Assembly: GCF_009914755.1 (NCBI RefSeq)
Contig: NC_060944.1
Direction: 5' to 3' (one strand)
Origin: the human T2T-CHM13v2.0 reference genome, Homo sapiens
Length of the DNA: 64,000 nt
Below are positions 42,287-59,635 of this stretch, one piece after another (positions within the stretch are counted from its first letter, which is position 1; each line of letters opens with the position of its first letter). The notes beneath the pieces were generated by a model. It saw nothing but the letters and a program-made list of their open reading frames with translations. It was not told the DNA's origin and did no database searches. The translations under genes were made by a program, and so were the position numbers.

Positions 42287-42897
42287 CTGCAAATAAAGCA
42301 ACACACAGAATTACCTGGTGGCTGCAGTGAGGTAGAGAAGTTTCTGCCTTCTTAAATACATCTACAAAGAACTCCACAAGCCCAGGCTGAGAATTTAGCT
42401 GGGCACCCAGACCAGGGAAGCGCAGCTATTCGAGGGGTAAGAAAACACAAGCTGTCTGCTGTGGCGCTTCCGGCACTAAACATGGGCTGATACTCAATGC
42501 CCCAGGATGCAAGGAAGCCTGCCAGCTTGCTTATTCTCGTTTCTGTCTAGAGGAGAGCCACTCAAACATGTTGACAGACATGCCAATTTTAAATAACTAG
42601 GAACAAAAGGGGGCCAAAGCCAGGCCTGAATCACAGGCAAGTTTCTCTGACTTGGCCTTCAGCCCTACAATCAACCAGCAGCTTCAATCAGCTGGGCTTT
42701 CTTTAAAAATCCAAATCCTTTTCTATCTATACCCCTAGTTAGTAGGCAAGAGCCACCTCCCTTTCACTATCATTTTGTCTCTGATCTTTTTAAGGCCAGC
42801 TTTTCCCAGCTCACTGCAATCAAATGGCTCTTCCTCTAACACTGCAGCCTCATGAGAACATTTCAGGGTGATCTAATGAAATGAATTATACACTTAC

Positions 42898-42983
42898 TGA
42901 TATATCTTCTCAAGACATTTTCTATCTGTTTCTGTTGGAATCTTCCTTTGATTACAAGTTGGTTATTACCATCTATAGAACCA
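42898..42983 (-). CDS. EIF2S2: EIF2S2 exon 8 ([28 protein letters not shown])
   Basis: catag|TGG ... TCA|gtaagt; 86 nt. Confidence 0.96.
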
Positions 42984-43133
42984 CTATGAAAGAAAACAAA
43001 AATATCTCCATTATTATTGTTTTTTCCTAAAGGAACCAAATTCCAGCACCTTTAAACTTAATGAACTTAAAATATATTCAGTAGCATAGGATAAACTCTA
43101 GGACTGGTGCTATACTACTTGGTTTCCCAAAAT

Positions 43134-43453
<320 letters not shown>

Positions 43454-43814
43454 TAGTTTGCGTCTAATGATGTACCCATACTAACATCAAATCCAATTAA
43501 ATCTCCAGTGATAACAATCAGATTTATAATTGATTTTAAGTCTAAAACAAACTGATTCCTTCATTGTATGTGACAGTCCATCCAACAAAGGAAAAAATCT
43601 TTTACTGCATCATACCATGTACAAAGCAAGGCAAAGGAGAGACCTAGAAATATAAAAACAGGAAAGGGGCTACGTTTGTTTTTTAAAATTCTAAGCACCA
43701 AATATTTTGATTCAGGCATGGTTAGAAGTATAGTTGATAAAAATATACTAAAATTGATTGTGGTAGCAGTTATACATATTAAGTTTAATATGTGATCATA
43801 CTAAAAACCATTGG

Positions 43815-44113
<299 letters not shown>

Positions 44114-44134
44114 CCCCATTGGATTGTATATATT

Positions 44135-44253
44135 ATTTATATATATTTATTTTTTTTTGGGGGGGGGGGGGTCCAAGGGTGGAGGTTTAATAGGCAAAAG
44201 AGAAAGAATAGCTCTGTCTTGCGAGAGAGACGGACGTCCGAGTGGGACTCTCC
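44135..44253 (-). mobile_element. Short polyadenylated ERV1-LTR-like fragment (probable L1-mediated retrocopy)
   Basis: Minus strand reads ...gagctattctttctcttttgcctATTAAAcctccac...C13 then an A-rich tail; degenerate TSD. Confidence 0.5.
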
Positions 44254-44772
44254 TGGATTATACACTTTAAATTTGTAAGCTGTTATCTCAATAAAGCTGT
44301 TTGAAGAAAAAAAAAGGATAGTTGAATCACAAGCCACAAACTGTCAATGGTACTTAATGATAAACTGATAGGAAACTGTTGACAGGCACTTTTGAGAAAG
44401 CAAAGCTCTAGGCTAGATATTATCATTCATTCAAAATTATAAATCATAAAGTGAAACAACAAAATTCAGTCAAGCAGGGTTAAATTTCCTCCTCCACAGA
44501 TTGTAACCCTTAATCTCCAGGCTACAGTGATTGCAATGCTTGATGTAGAAATTCTTTTTCATTCACTGTCAAAATAAATGGAATTTTCTCGAAAACCCAT
44601 TTAACCCATTGACCATAAGTTTACTGGCCACAACTTGTTATAATAGTTTATCCCACCTCTAACAAAACCTCTAGATTATTCTAACAATAGAAAAAACAAT
44701 GCTAGCTTTTGCTCCCTCATTAGTTTGTGCAAGTTACAAATAACGATGGTAACAAATTTATATTTAAAACAT

Positions 44773-45074
44773 GCTGGGTGCGGTGGCTCACGCCTGTAAT
44801 CCCAGCACTTTGGGAGACCAAGGCAGGCGGATCACAAGGTCAGGAAATCGAGACCATCCTGGCTAACACGGTGAAACCTCGTCTACTAAAAATACAAAAA
44901 ATTAGCTGGGCGTGGTGGCGGGCGCCTGTAGTCCCAGCTACTCAGGAGGCTGAGGCAGGAGAATGGCATGAACCCGGGAAGCAGGCTTGCAGTGAGCCGA
45001 GACTGTGCCACTGCACTCCAGCCTGGGTGACAGAGCGAGACTCCATCTCAAAAAAACAAAACAAAACAACAAAA
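44773..45074 (+). mobile_element. AluY/Sc
   Basis: Dimer with (CAAAA)n tail. Confidence 0.9.
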
Positions 45075-46057
45075 CCCACAATTCTTCTACAACAGAGCCT
45101 ACGTATCCACCACGGTCAAGTAAATTACCCCTTAACCCCACACCAAGTGTAGCAAATCCCAACAGTTTAAAGAGAGTAGGAAGAGAACACCTTAATTATC
45201 TCTGTACTGCCAGTGACGCACAGGTGTCAAGCCTGTTAGGTGATCAAGCTGCAGGGACAGATAGACCTGATTGTATCTATCTTGACTGTGCCACTAACTA
45301 GCTATGTGACCAACTACAACTTCACTTTACTGAACCTGTTTCCGAACGTGAAGATAGGAATATTACTTTCTACTTCATAGAACTATTGTGAAGATTAATT
45401 GAGATGGCACCCAAAAAAGCACTTGGCACAAAAGAGGTGCTCAATATGCATTAGTCATCATTATCATGACCTACTCTACATTACTTATTTTTAAAGGGAC
45501 ATTAGGCTTCCAGATAGTAGTCAAACTCATTGGCATGGGGTCCATGAGATCTTGGCCTTCCTGAATGGGAATGACTTGCTCAGTGCCTTCAAAAGGTGAG
45601 CCCTGAAGACAGGTAAGTACCTATTTCATCACAGATCCTGGTTTCAATGGTTTCTCCAGTGCCACTCATCAACTTACTAGCTGTATTTCTTCAACAGCCT
45701 GTTACCAATTTAGGAAAAAAAAGTCTGACTTTAAGAAAACCAATTCCTCTAAAAATCTAATATTTGCTCCATAAAAAGACTCAAGAGTTTCAGTTAGTAA
45801 CAGGAAAGTCTAAACATGGCAGTTCTGTGGTCCTCTGGTTGGTACACCAGCAGGCCTGTTCAGATGTCAACTCTGTGCCCTATTCCTAAGCAGCCAAGCT
45901 CTCCCACAGAAATGAAGTGATTTCACTCCTCCACTGGCCTAAAAGTTTCTCTAATAATCAGGTGAACATTTTCTCTAAGTGTGTTACATATCCTTTTCAA
46001 GAAAGGTTCTTATGAAATGTCCAGCAGTACTGTATGTAAATGTATACAGTTTCTTAC

Positions 46058-46114
46058 CTTGTACCCAATTCAGCCAACAAAAATGCAAGGAGATGTTTGG
46101 GCTGACGATGTAAT
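46058..46114 (-). CDS. EIF2S2: EIF2S2 exon 7 (LHRQPKHLLAFLLAELGT)
   Basis: tttag|ATTA ... AAG|gtaaga; 57 nt. Confidence 0.96.
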
Positions 46115-46277
46115 CTAAAAAGAAAATCAAAATATATAAACCTTATCTCTCATGGAAATCTCACCAAACTTCTAAAAAATCTGTTCATTGTTTTGATCTG
46201 TGATTATTTAGCTATTAAGTGAATTTCACTGCACCATTTATTTAAACTTTGAAATAAAGATACAGTATATGACACCA

Positions 46278-46566
46278 CTTTTTTTATTGTTAAGAGACAG
46301 GGTCTTGTTTTATTGCCCAGGCTGGAGTGCAGTGATGATCATAGCTCACTGTAACCTCAAACTCCTGAGCTCAAGCCATCCTCCCATCTCAGCCTCCCAA
46401 GTAGCTAGGACTACAGGTGTGTGCCACCATGCCTGTCTAATTCTTTAGTTTTTGTGTAGAGATGGGGTCTCACTATGTTGCCCAGACTGGTATGGAACTC
46501 ATGGTCTCAAATGATCCTCCTGTCTCAGCTTCCCAAAGTGCCAGGATTACAGATGTGAACTGAGCC
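46278..46566 (-). mobile_element. AluJ-like
   Basis: Diverged antisense dimer. Confidence 0.85.
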
Positions 46567-47289
46567 AGATAGCACTTGTTTACACTTCAATGCCCATAAG
46601 ACCATATTACATTTTATGACTACATACATGTGCGTAAGCATCTAGAAACAAGGATGGAAAACATCAACACCGACTTCAGAGAATAACAACTTCCTCTGGG
46701 AAGGAAAAAGGGGCCAGGAAAAGATACAAAGGTGGCCTTAATTATAACTATAAAACCACCTTTTTCTTTTGTTTTTGAGACTATCATAAAATAGCATAAA
46801 ACCTTCTTTTTAAAGAAGTAAAAAAATCTGAAGCAAATGTGTCAAAAGTTCAACATATACCAAACCTAGGTGATGGATACTTGGATGTTATCAAACAGGC
46901 TAATAAATATATATGTTAATCCATATATATTTCATGTGTAAAATTTTCATTAAAAGAAAGTGTATGTCTAGAAGGGTTCCATGGTAGCACAACAGAAAAA
47001 TGGAAACATCTTAAATATTCACCAACTAGAGGAGTGGTTAAATAAATCCATTCAAGGGTGTATTCTACTTTTAGAAATATCTCAATATACAAAAAAAAAA
47101 AATGTACATACACATATAAAATAAAAAACACAAATATAGAGCAATGCCATTCAATATTTTCATTTCATTTTTTAAATCTATACTGTGGCACTGAACTTGT
47201 TCCAACAAGCAGGTGCTAACTACAACAATTTTTAAGCTTTTTTCCCCAAAATGCAATAGGTGAGAACTGGTAAAAATATAATAAAATAG

Positions 47290-47990
<701 letters not shown>

Positions 47991-48636
47991 AGTTATCTAC
48001 CTCTTAATGGTGGACTTTGCAGATGATTTTCCATTTTCTTTAGCATGTCTTTATCTTCTAATTTTTCTACAATGAGTATATACTACTATTGTCATTAGCC
48101 AAAAAAATCTAAACTATTTAAATATATGTAAGTAATGAAAACAAGTGGTTATCTCTGGGTGGTAAAATTTTGAGTGAATATTATCTCTTTTGTGTTTACC
48201 ATATTTTCTACAACAAGCATGTAGCACTTAGGAAATTAAAGAACAAAGAGTGGATAAACTCAGTGGTCCTAAGGAAACTGCCAGAAAACATGCAGCTGAG
48301 GAGCTCAGAGAAAAGCCATTCCCAGACAGTAACCCAGGGCTGACTCTGGCATAGAATGTGATGGTAATTAAGAAAGATACAATCTCATCAATTGTGTCCT
48401 GGCAATGATCATCCAAGGAAGAGGCACCCAAATTCAGGCACTTTCCCTGAGCTCACTGCTTGCTTGGCAGGCCTATCCTAGAGCAACTGATGAGCCTTTC
48501 CACTCCCTGGGCTCCCAAGGCTCCTGAGAACTACATTGAGCCTCCTCACTCTTCACTACATCTAGTTAGGATCCATCCTCAGTGGGTCAGCATGAGTTGA
48601 TTTCTCTCACCTCTGAATGCACTAATAAAACAAGCC

Positions 48637-48858
48637 CTCCTGGGCAACACAGCAAGACCCACGTTTCTACAAAAAAAAAAAAAAATTTTTTTAAATTGGT
48701 CGGGCATGGTGGTGTGCACCTGTAGTCTCAGCTACTTAGGAGGCTGAAGCAGGAGAACTGCTGAAGCCCAGGAGATTGAGGCTGCAGTGAGCCATGACCA
48801 CTCCACTGCATTCCAGCCTGGGCGACAAAGCAAGACCGTTATCTTTAATAAAATAAAA
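48637..48858 (+). mobile_element. AluJ, 5'-truncated
   Basis: Partial dimer. Confidence 0.83.
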
Positions 48859-49036
48859 CAGCCCTGAGACTTATGAATTGAAAAAAATGACAGGCTTGAA
48901 CGGTGAACTCCCTCAACCCCTACACCTGTGTGTTCTTTCCATCTATAATAAAGTCGACAATAAGGACATTTAACATTCTTAAAACTGCAATGAGAATCTG
49001 GCATTTGGGATGAAGGTACTCCATTAACCAACTTAC

Positions 49037-49185
49037 AGTTTACAGATATCTGTAAAGTTGACAAAAGAAGTTTTCTTGGTTCCTACTCGGACGACTTGTG
49101 GAGGTTTCATGACAAATTTCCTTTTCTCCCCAGCAACCATATCTGGATTCTTTTCCCTCATGATGTTGAACACTCGATTCAGCAG
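49037..49185 (-). CDS. EIF2S2: EIF2S2 exon 6 ([49 protein letters not shown])
   Basis: tatag|CTG ... ACT|gtaagt; 149 nt. Confidence 0.96.
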
Positions 49186-49795
49186 CTATAAAAATAAAGT
49201 GGTATTCATGAATACGCTTAGTAACTGCAGGGGTATAAAGTTCCCCTTTGAGTCATGTTGCTTAACAGCAAATACTTCACTTCTGATTAAATATACACAT
49301 GCATTACTACAAGTCTGGGAGCTCCTTGAGGGCAGAGGTTCATCCCCAACCAGCATTTGGTTCATTATAGATGCTCAGCAACTCCTTGTCCAAAGTGAAA
49401 TGAATGAACAACCACTCATTCTGTTGTTTCTATGGCAAAGTACATGATACATGGAAAAGTAAGATTCAGGAAAGCCCAAACTAGCAAACTCCAGACTACC
49501 CTGGCCCTAAATTAGCTAATTCACCACTGCCCTCCTAATTCCTAGAGGGCTGCATGCCCTCAGCAGTCCACAAATTCAGGTGGGGACAGTGAGTAGTACT
49601 ACAATGACTGCTGCACTCTGGGCAGGCTGCCCCACGGGTGCGCACCAGGAATTGCTGTGCACTGGCTGTGTGACCTCTCTGCATCTGTTCCACCATCAGT
49701 CATTACTTCAACGGCCGTTCCAATAAGATTTATCTTGCTCTTCTTTGAGCACTAGTGAATAGCTTAGCCCCTTTTCACAACAGATTTTGTCTTAC

Positions 49796-49896
49796 CTCCT
49801 CGTATGTGTAGTCTCTTTCTGAGCCTGCCCAAGCAGGGCCTGTCTGATTACTGAATGAGATACCATCATCTTTTTTGTTGTCTTCATCTTCTAGAG
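49796..49896 (-). CDS. EIF2S2: EIF2S2 exon 5 ([34 protein letters not shown])
   Basis: tgtag|CTC ... GAG|gtaaga; 101 nt. Confidence 0.96.
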
Positions 49897-50318
49897 CTAC
49901 AGATAAAAAAGATTTTAAGAATGAGGGGTGGGCCCTACTACAATACAAAAGTGGGGTGGGTCTAGAGAAATGAAGAGTTTCAAAGACATCTGTCTTCCCT
50001 TCCACAGCTGCATTCACAACAGCCTTAAGCATAAAGAAACCAAAGCTCACAACCCTTTTCCTTAGAAACAGGGATGTTATGACTTTCAAAAAAGGCCCTT
50101 AATAGAGACCTCTCTAATTAGGAGTTGATAACATACTGAAATGTTTCTTAATTTAACAAATCAAAGATAAAATAATGCATTGGAATAATTAGAGGAAAAA
50201 GTCCAACTGTTTTGAGCACTTAAGAAACATCAACATCCATAAAACTCATCTACTGACAAAAGTTCTCTAAAGACCCTATAGCATTTAGAAACTAATAAAA
50301 CTGTAAACACGAGTTTAA

Positions 50319-50642
<324 letters not shown>

Positions 50643-50877
50643 TCCGGTTATAGTAATTTTCCCAAGCCTGAATCAGTATGTTTTTAATGTAATCACAGTT
50701 AACAAATTCTTTAACTGCCATTATCAAGCCAAACACTGTTTCCTTTCGCTTCCATTATCAGTCAGTAGAAATAAGGGGCAAGAAAAAAATTTTAAAAGCA
50801 CCCTCCACCCCCATCAAGGAGACCAGGGCCAAAGGCTTGAGTAACCTCTAAATGTGCTGCTGAGTCCTCAGCATTAC

Positions 50878-51013
50878 CTTCATCTTTCTCTAGTATTTCA
50901 TCCTCATCTGGGAACTTAACATTCTTCTTTTTCTTCTTTTTATTGCCAAGCATAATGTCAAGGTCATCCTCTGGTTCAGTTGGTTCTTGAACATCACTTT
51001 CAATCTTAAGATC
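50878..51013 (-). CDS. EIF2S2: EIF2S2 exon 4 (K-box 3)
   Basis: cttag|GAT ... AAG|gtaatg; 136 nt; [45 protein letters not shown]. Confidence 0.96.
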
Positions 51014-51025
51014 CTAAGAAAGTGA

Positions 51026-51217
<192 letters not shown>

Positions 51218-51466
51218 TAAAAATGACGTGGACTGACATTATTTTGGCAGGGAAAAAAATCACATATTCAAAATTGAAGTTACAGATAAGAAACGCCTGT
51301 CAGAAATGGACCAAACTGGCTCACAGAGACTCTGCCATTTGAACTGTGAATTCTTCAAGACACTTGTGGGATCTTTCCCCCTCATTCATCTCTTTATTCT
51401 TCAGCCTTAGGATCTTATAATTATTGTCCTTATTTCCAAACCAGGCTACTGTCAGAATCACGGCAG

Positions 51467-51756
<290 letters not shown>

Positions 51757-51861
51757 AATCACTTGAGAAAATTTAAAAGTTTAAATCGGATTGATGATCT
51801 TCAGCAGGAACAGGGTTCAGGAGTACTTTAAAGAAGTTTCTAAGTGATTTTGATATAGTCA

Positions 51862-53049
<1,188 letters not shown>

Positions 53050-53542
53050 TCAGCCTGGCACCAGTCTGTGGCGTGGTCTTTGGGCATCACTCCAATAGAT
53101 GACATTATCAAAGAGGGAAAGGCAGAAGCCATGGGGAATTAGGATCAAGTGATGGAATGGAATGGAAACAAAGTAAAGCTTGACCCCAAGATTAGTTGCC
53201 AGAGGCATGGATGTAAACAGGGCATATTAAAACCTAGAAATGAGTCATAAACATCCCAGAAGAGCAGAAAAGGCCAGTCTCAGTTTCCAGCTTTCTGATT
53301 TCTCCTTCCTTCTACCAGCTTATCCAGCTCCCTATCCTGAACTGTGCTGTCAACCTTACTCATTCATTAATATCTATTTTGTGTGTGCCTACATCCTGAC
53401 CTGGGACAATGGCTACAGTCATTTCAGAAATCTTACCAGCAGAAAAGTTGGAATAGCTGGGAGTAAATAAAGCTCAGATTCGGGATCCCAAATCCAGTTG
53501 TGTAGTCTTAGTGCCACATGTGGCTATCAAGACCAATCTGCC

Positions 53543-53838
53543 AGCCAGGCGCAGTGGCTCACACCTGTCATCCCAGCACTTTGGGAGGCCAAGGCAGGCG
53601 GATCACCTAAGGTCAAGAGTTTGAGACCAGCCTGGCCAACATGGTGAAACCCCTCTCTACCAAAAATACAAAAATAGCCCAGCGTGGTGGCGGGTGCCTG
53701 TAAACCCAGCTATTCAGGAAGCTGAGGGACGCTTGAGCCCAGGAGACGGAGGTTGCAGTGAACCGAGATTGCACCACTGCACTCCAGCCTGGGCGACAGA
53801 GTGAGACTTTGTCTCAAATAAATAAGTAAATAAATAAA
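53543..53838 (+). mobile_element. AluS with (TAAA)n tail
   Basis: Dimer, TSD aatctgcc. Confidence 0.88.
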
Positions 53839-53913
53839 TCTGCCCATGGTATTAGCTACATACCATACAAACAGGACACCAGATACTCACCTAGTCTCTA
53901 AGTCAATAAATAA

Positions 53914-54353
<440 letters not shown>

Positions 54354-55841
54354 CTGCAAAAAGCATTTTTCAAGGCTTTTCAAAAGCCCTCGGATGGTCT
54401 GGAAATTCAGGTGGGAGAGTAGCCCAAGACCTCAAAAACCCTTCAAGTGAATGTCCGTGCCTTGCCTGATGACCAGGATACCTCTAACATCCTCTTATGT
54501 TATGCCTTCAAAAATAGTATTCAAGCACTTATTTAGAACTAATCTTCCAATAAAAGCTACTGGAGGAATCAACCAACAAAGCCTTGTTAACCAAAACTTT
54601 CTGTAGCACATCTCTACATGTCGCCCTGTTACCCAGGATATTTAAATCCCATTTCTGATTATAATCTGAGCATTTTTCTCAATTTCCCTATAGTAGAAGG
54701 AAAAGAGAATCCCCAAACAGGGAGAGAACAAGATGAATCCAGATAAAACCAGCTTGTTCTCAAGGATTCTAAATTATCCTTGAACCAAAATATCTCTGCA
54801 AACAGGAAAAATATCTTACTCATTTCAGTACTCTAGCAATTACCACACAATACTTCAAAAGCTTGACTTGCTGTAATCACTCATACTTATTTACTGAATT
54901 AACTGTCATAAAATTATGACATTATTTCTAAAACCCAATGAATTACTGTATACATTTCCTGCTACATGTGGGATGTACTTTATTCACTTGAGTTTGAGCA
55001 AATAAACTACTTATCAAAGAAAATTTTGAGTAGAGGGCACAAGATATTTGGTGTATGTTTGCTGTTGTGTGTGTGCGCGCTCTATGTGAGTGAGTGTGTG
55101 TACTGCTATTATCTTGGGTTTTATAAATAGACATGTGGATTCTGCTAAAGTGATTCCTAGGCAGGGTCTTTAAAATGGTAACTCTAGGGAGGAAAACAGA
55201 TCTTCAGCTCCTTCCCCTTTCATCCATCCACCTACCCTCCCTCCTATTCACCTTCCTGCCCACCTGTTACTTACTCCCTGTCCAAAAGAATTTTGAGATA
55301 TTTGTATTAGAAATCAATTCAGTAATAAGACTCACAGGGTCTCAAGTATCCACAAGATCAGAGAACTCCATAAAACTAGCCTGAGTGCTCTGGTTTGCCT
55401 ACAGGCCACATTGTCATCAGCTACCAACCACCACTGTGGTTCATTCTTTGCTGCTTAGAGGTACACATATCAATTTGTATATATTCAATATGTTACCAAA
55501 AGTTTAAGAAACCAAAGGAATATTTGCTCAGAAGGATTTCTCACTCATAGAAATAGTTCTCCACAGCCAAAAATCTCAGTATAGTTAAGGACAAGGGACA
55601 TTTGTGATCATCTTAATGGCACACAATACAATATGTAAGACCTAAATTTAAATTCCTTGAACCACAATCCCTTTAAGATACCTAGTCAGACACACTCCCA
55701 AGAAAATGACGCTACCAGTGGCAATTAAGTGCTAATAACAAAAGCAAAGCTAGTAAGAGATGAGTCAAAGAGAGGGAAACATCAGCCATTAGCAACCTTG
55801 CAAGAGGTCAAATTTTACCTTCAACAAGAAAGCAATACTAC

Positions 55842-55945
55842 CTTTACACCTTCTTCAGCTTCATCAATATCAAATATCTTTTTAGTTTTTTTCTTCTTTT
55901 TCTTTTGATTAAAGAAGTTCAAGTCATCTAGATCATCAGAAGCAT
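55842..55945 (-). CDS. EIF2S2: EIF2S2 exon 3 (K-box 2)
   Basis: tttag|ATG ... AAG|gtagta; 104 nt; [35 protein letters not shown]. Confidence 0.96.
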
Positions 55946-56088
55946 CTAAAAAGACCAAGGCATAATTATTAACAACTAAAAGGCAAAGCATCAAATTATG
56001 AGTTACACAAACATAGTTCAGCAATTAATCAAGTCACCAGAAAAGACTGACTATTAATTAGTCCCTCCACAATCACAAAACTTATGGT

Positions 56089-56387
56089 TCTTTTTTTTTT
56101 TTTTGAGATGGAGTCTTGCTCTGTCGCCAAGGCTGGAGGGCAGTGGCGCAATCTCAGCTCACTGCAACCTCTGCCTCCTGGGTTCAAGCGGTTCTCCTGC
56201 CTCAGCCTCCTGAGTAGCTAGGACTACATGCATGTGCCACCATGCCCAGCAAATTTTTTGTATTTTTTTAAGTAGAGACAGGGTTTCACCACGTTAGCCA
56301 GGATGGTCTCGCTCTCCTGACTTCATGATCCGCCTGCCTCAGCCTCCCAAAGTGCTGGGATTACAGGCGTGAGCCACCGCGCCCGGC
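56089..56387 (-). mobile_element. AluS (Sc-like)
   Basis: Antisense dimer, TSD acaaaa-ttatggttct. Confidence 0.9.
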
Positions 56388-57747
56388 CACAAAAGTTATG
56401 GTTCTGAAAAACAAAATGGTAGGTCATCTCAAAGATCTATAGGAAAAATCTGGTTAGGGGACCATGTTGAGAATATTTATTTAGTAATCTGACCATATCA
56501 CTCTTCACTGTTCCCAAGACAAAGTCAGAGCTCTAACACAATTTCCAACTCTCCAACTTTAAATCTTCCACTTCTGCTTCTTGCCTTCCTCACTTCAATC
56601 CCTGGTTCTAACCCTACTGAACTACTTTCAGTTCCTACTGCAATATACGTGCGGTCTCTCACCAACAAACCTTCCCGTGGGCCCTCTTACCTCCATCTCA
56701 CAGGATCTTGGTTAAATTACTTCCACCAAAGCCTTCTCTAAGCTTATCCATCTTTCCCCACAACTGGGTTAGGTATCCCCAGAGTGATTGGATAGTATCT
56801 TCTGCTTACTCCAACTGAGGTACTTATTACCAGCTTGCTTATCTATCTCCCTACTCAATACTAAGAGTATATGCCTTGTTCACCTAAATTCTACTGTCTA
56901 GCTCAACATTTTATTGAATCAACTAATCATCAAAAGGCCTAACAAATTATTTCACATTCATTAAAATACAGCTGTGCAGTAAATACAAGTTATCAGTGAA
57001 ATTTTACCTACCATTAATGAGTAATAATAGGTTCTGTTCAACAAGTTTTCCATTTGACCTGCCATGTTATAAACTAGAAATATTTTAGGATCCTTCTGCT
57101 ACAAAGTTTTTCAAGAAACTATTTACAAATCCATTTTATCTTATTACAACAGGAATGAGTTACTTTCCAAATTTGTTTTAAACATGTAGAAGACACTTAG
57201 CACAGGGCAGATGCTCAGTGAATGTCAGTTGTCTCTATCCTGGCACAGTGTTATATTCAACAGACACATACAATGTTTATAGAAACATTTCTCTCTAACA
57301 GTCAAATTATGTCTATGTTACAGCACAGGGGTAAGTAACTAAAGCTGGTGTCTAACCCCAAATACTTTAGGCTATAATTTTAATCTCTCATATACATTTT
57401 CAGACTTGCTAAGACACAAAACTGCCTATCTTAGTACCATTTCTTTCTGCCCACACTCAAATACAACTACCATTAAAAAGTCAGAGAAGAGACCTGATGG
57501 GTTCAACTGGAAAACCAGCTCTGGAACAGCAAGGTTTCATCTTTGCAACTTGTGAATTAAATGGAAACATCCCTGCAACAAGCCTATCAGAAATCTAAAA
57601 AGGTCCACTGCATACAGACTACTGATGGCCTTGACTTCACTGGAACAGCCTTGTCAGGCTGAGAGGTCGCTGCATATCCAAAAGCCAAAACGCTCATAGA
57701 ACCAGGGCTTCTATGACAACAGTAACTCTCTCACATCAACCACGCAC

Positions 57748-57925
57748 CTTTTTTCCTAGTGTCCTCTTCATCAGCTTCCAAATCCTTGTCCTCAGTTGGC
57801 TCTGGCTCCACTTCTTTTGTTTCTGAAGGCTGGGTTTCCTCTGTTTGGGTATCCCCTTCCTCATCTAACATAAAAGGCTTCTTCTTCTTCTTTTTCTTCT
57901 TGCTCATAGTAGGATCAAAAATCAT
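57748..57925 (-). CDS. EIF2S2: EIF2S2 exon 2 (K-box 1)
   Basis: aacag|ATG ... AAG|gtgcgt; 178 nt; [24 protein letters not shown]... Confidence 0.96.
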
Positions 57926-58297
57926 CTGTTTAAAAGACAAAAAACAAAAAGGGACCAAATGATTGTTTTTAATGATGCTCACATTCCAAATATGCTTTAT
58001 CCTCAAAAGGCATACTCTTAAAAGAGTATGTGATACATTAAAACACCAAAGGGGAGTTTACCAAAAAATAAAATAAATTGTCCACCCAACCTTCTTGTTA
58101 CTATTAAACATCAGGTGAACTGAAACATGTACACATCTTTCAATTTGTAAAGTATCACAGATACTTCACTTTCACTTTCATGAGCAAATTTGGACATTTG
58201 AATGAATCATGGAATTTAGGGAAGGGACTTTGGCAACAACCTATGCTATGCCCCTCACTTTACAGATATAGGAAAACAATACCTAAGCGGGGTGTAA

Positions 58298-58599
58298 ATT
58301 TTTTTGTATTGTTTTTTCTTTGAAACAGGGTCTCACTGTTGCCCAGGATGGAGTGCAGTGGCATGATCACAGCTCACTGCAACCTCAACCTCCTGGACTC
58401 AAGTGATCCTACCATCTTAGCTCCCCAAGTAGCTGGGACCACAAGCATGTGCTACCATGCCCAGCTAATTTTTTTATTTTGTAGAGACGGGGTCTCCCTC
58501 TGTTGTCCCAGGTGGTCACAAACTGCCAGGCACAAACAATCCTCCCACCTCGGCCACACAAAGCAATGGAATTACAGGTGTAAGCCACCGCACCTGGCC
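58298..58599 (-). mobile_element. AluJ-like
   Basis: Diverged antisense dimer. Confidence 0.85.
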
Positions 58600-58807
58600 A
58601 GGGGTATCAATGTTTTATTCAAGGCTGGTAACTTGGGGCTGTTACACAGAGACTTGAGAGACTTTTGACCTGATTAAAAAAACAAAATTTTTTTTAACTA
58701 CAAATCTTCAAGGAAATCCATCAGCAACTCTTCATATAGCAAATCTCTGAGTAAGAGAAACCTCTATACAACATTTCACTCTGCTTTTTGTTTAACATTA
58801 AAGGTTC

Positions 58808-59106
58808 TTTTTTTTTTTTTTTTAAATGAAACAGGGTCTGGCTCTGCTGCCCAGGTTGGAGTGCAGTGGCATGATCTCAGCTGAATCCAACCTTGACCTC
58901 CCAGACTCACACCATCCTCCCACCTCAATTTCCTGAGTAGCTGGAATTACAGGAGTGCACCACCACACCCAGCTATTTTTTGTATTTTTAGTATTGATGG
59001 GGTTTCACCATGCTCCCCAAGCTGGTCTTGAACTCCTGGGCTCAAATGATCCACCAGCTTCAGCCTCCCAGTGTTAGGATTACAGGTGTGAGGACCATGC
59101 CTTGCC
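58808..59106 (-). mobile_element. AluJ-like
   Basis: Diverged antisense dimer. Confidence 0.85.
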
Positions 59107-59277
59107 CCAAAATTCTCTTATTCTTATCTAAATGTCCACTATAGAGTAGGTGAAAAACTAATTTATAATTTGTAGACTATCTGCTTGCACTGATCACTTG
59201 AAGAAAGAAAAGTTATCTAGACATAATAGTTTAAACAACATACAGGGCAGACACCTGATAGAGTAGAAAGCGCAGGA

Positions 59278-59635
<358 letters not shown>

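Noticed and set aside
49885-49898. Tandem acceptor TAG-CTC-TAG at EIF2S2 exon 5 (would delete 2 aa)
   Set aside because: Possible but unsupported; the first AG after the pyrimidine tract gives the known protein
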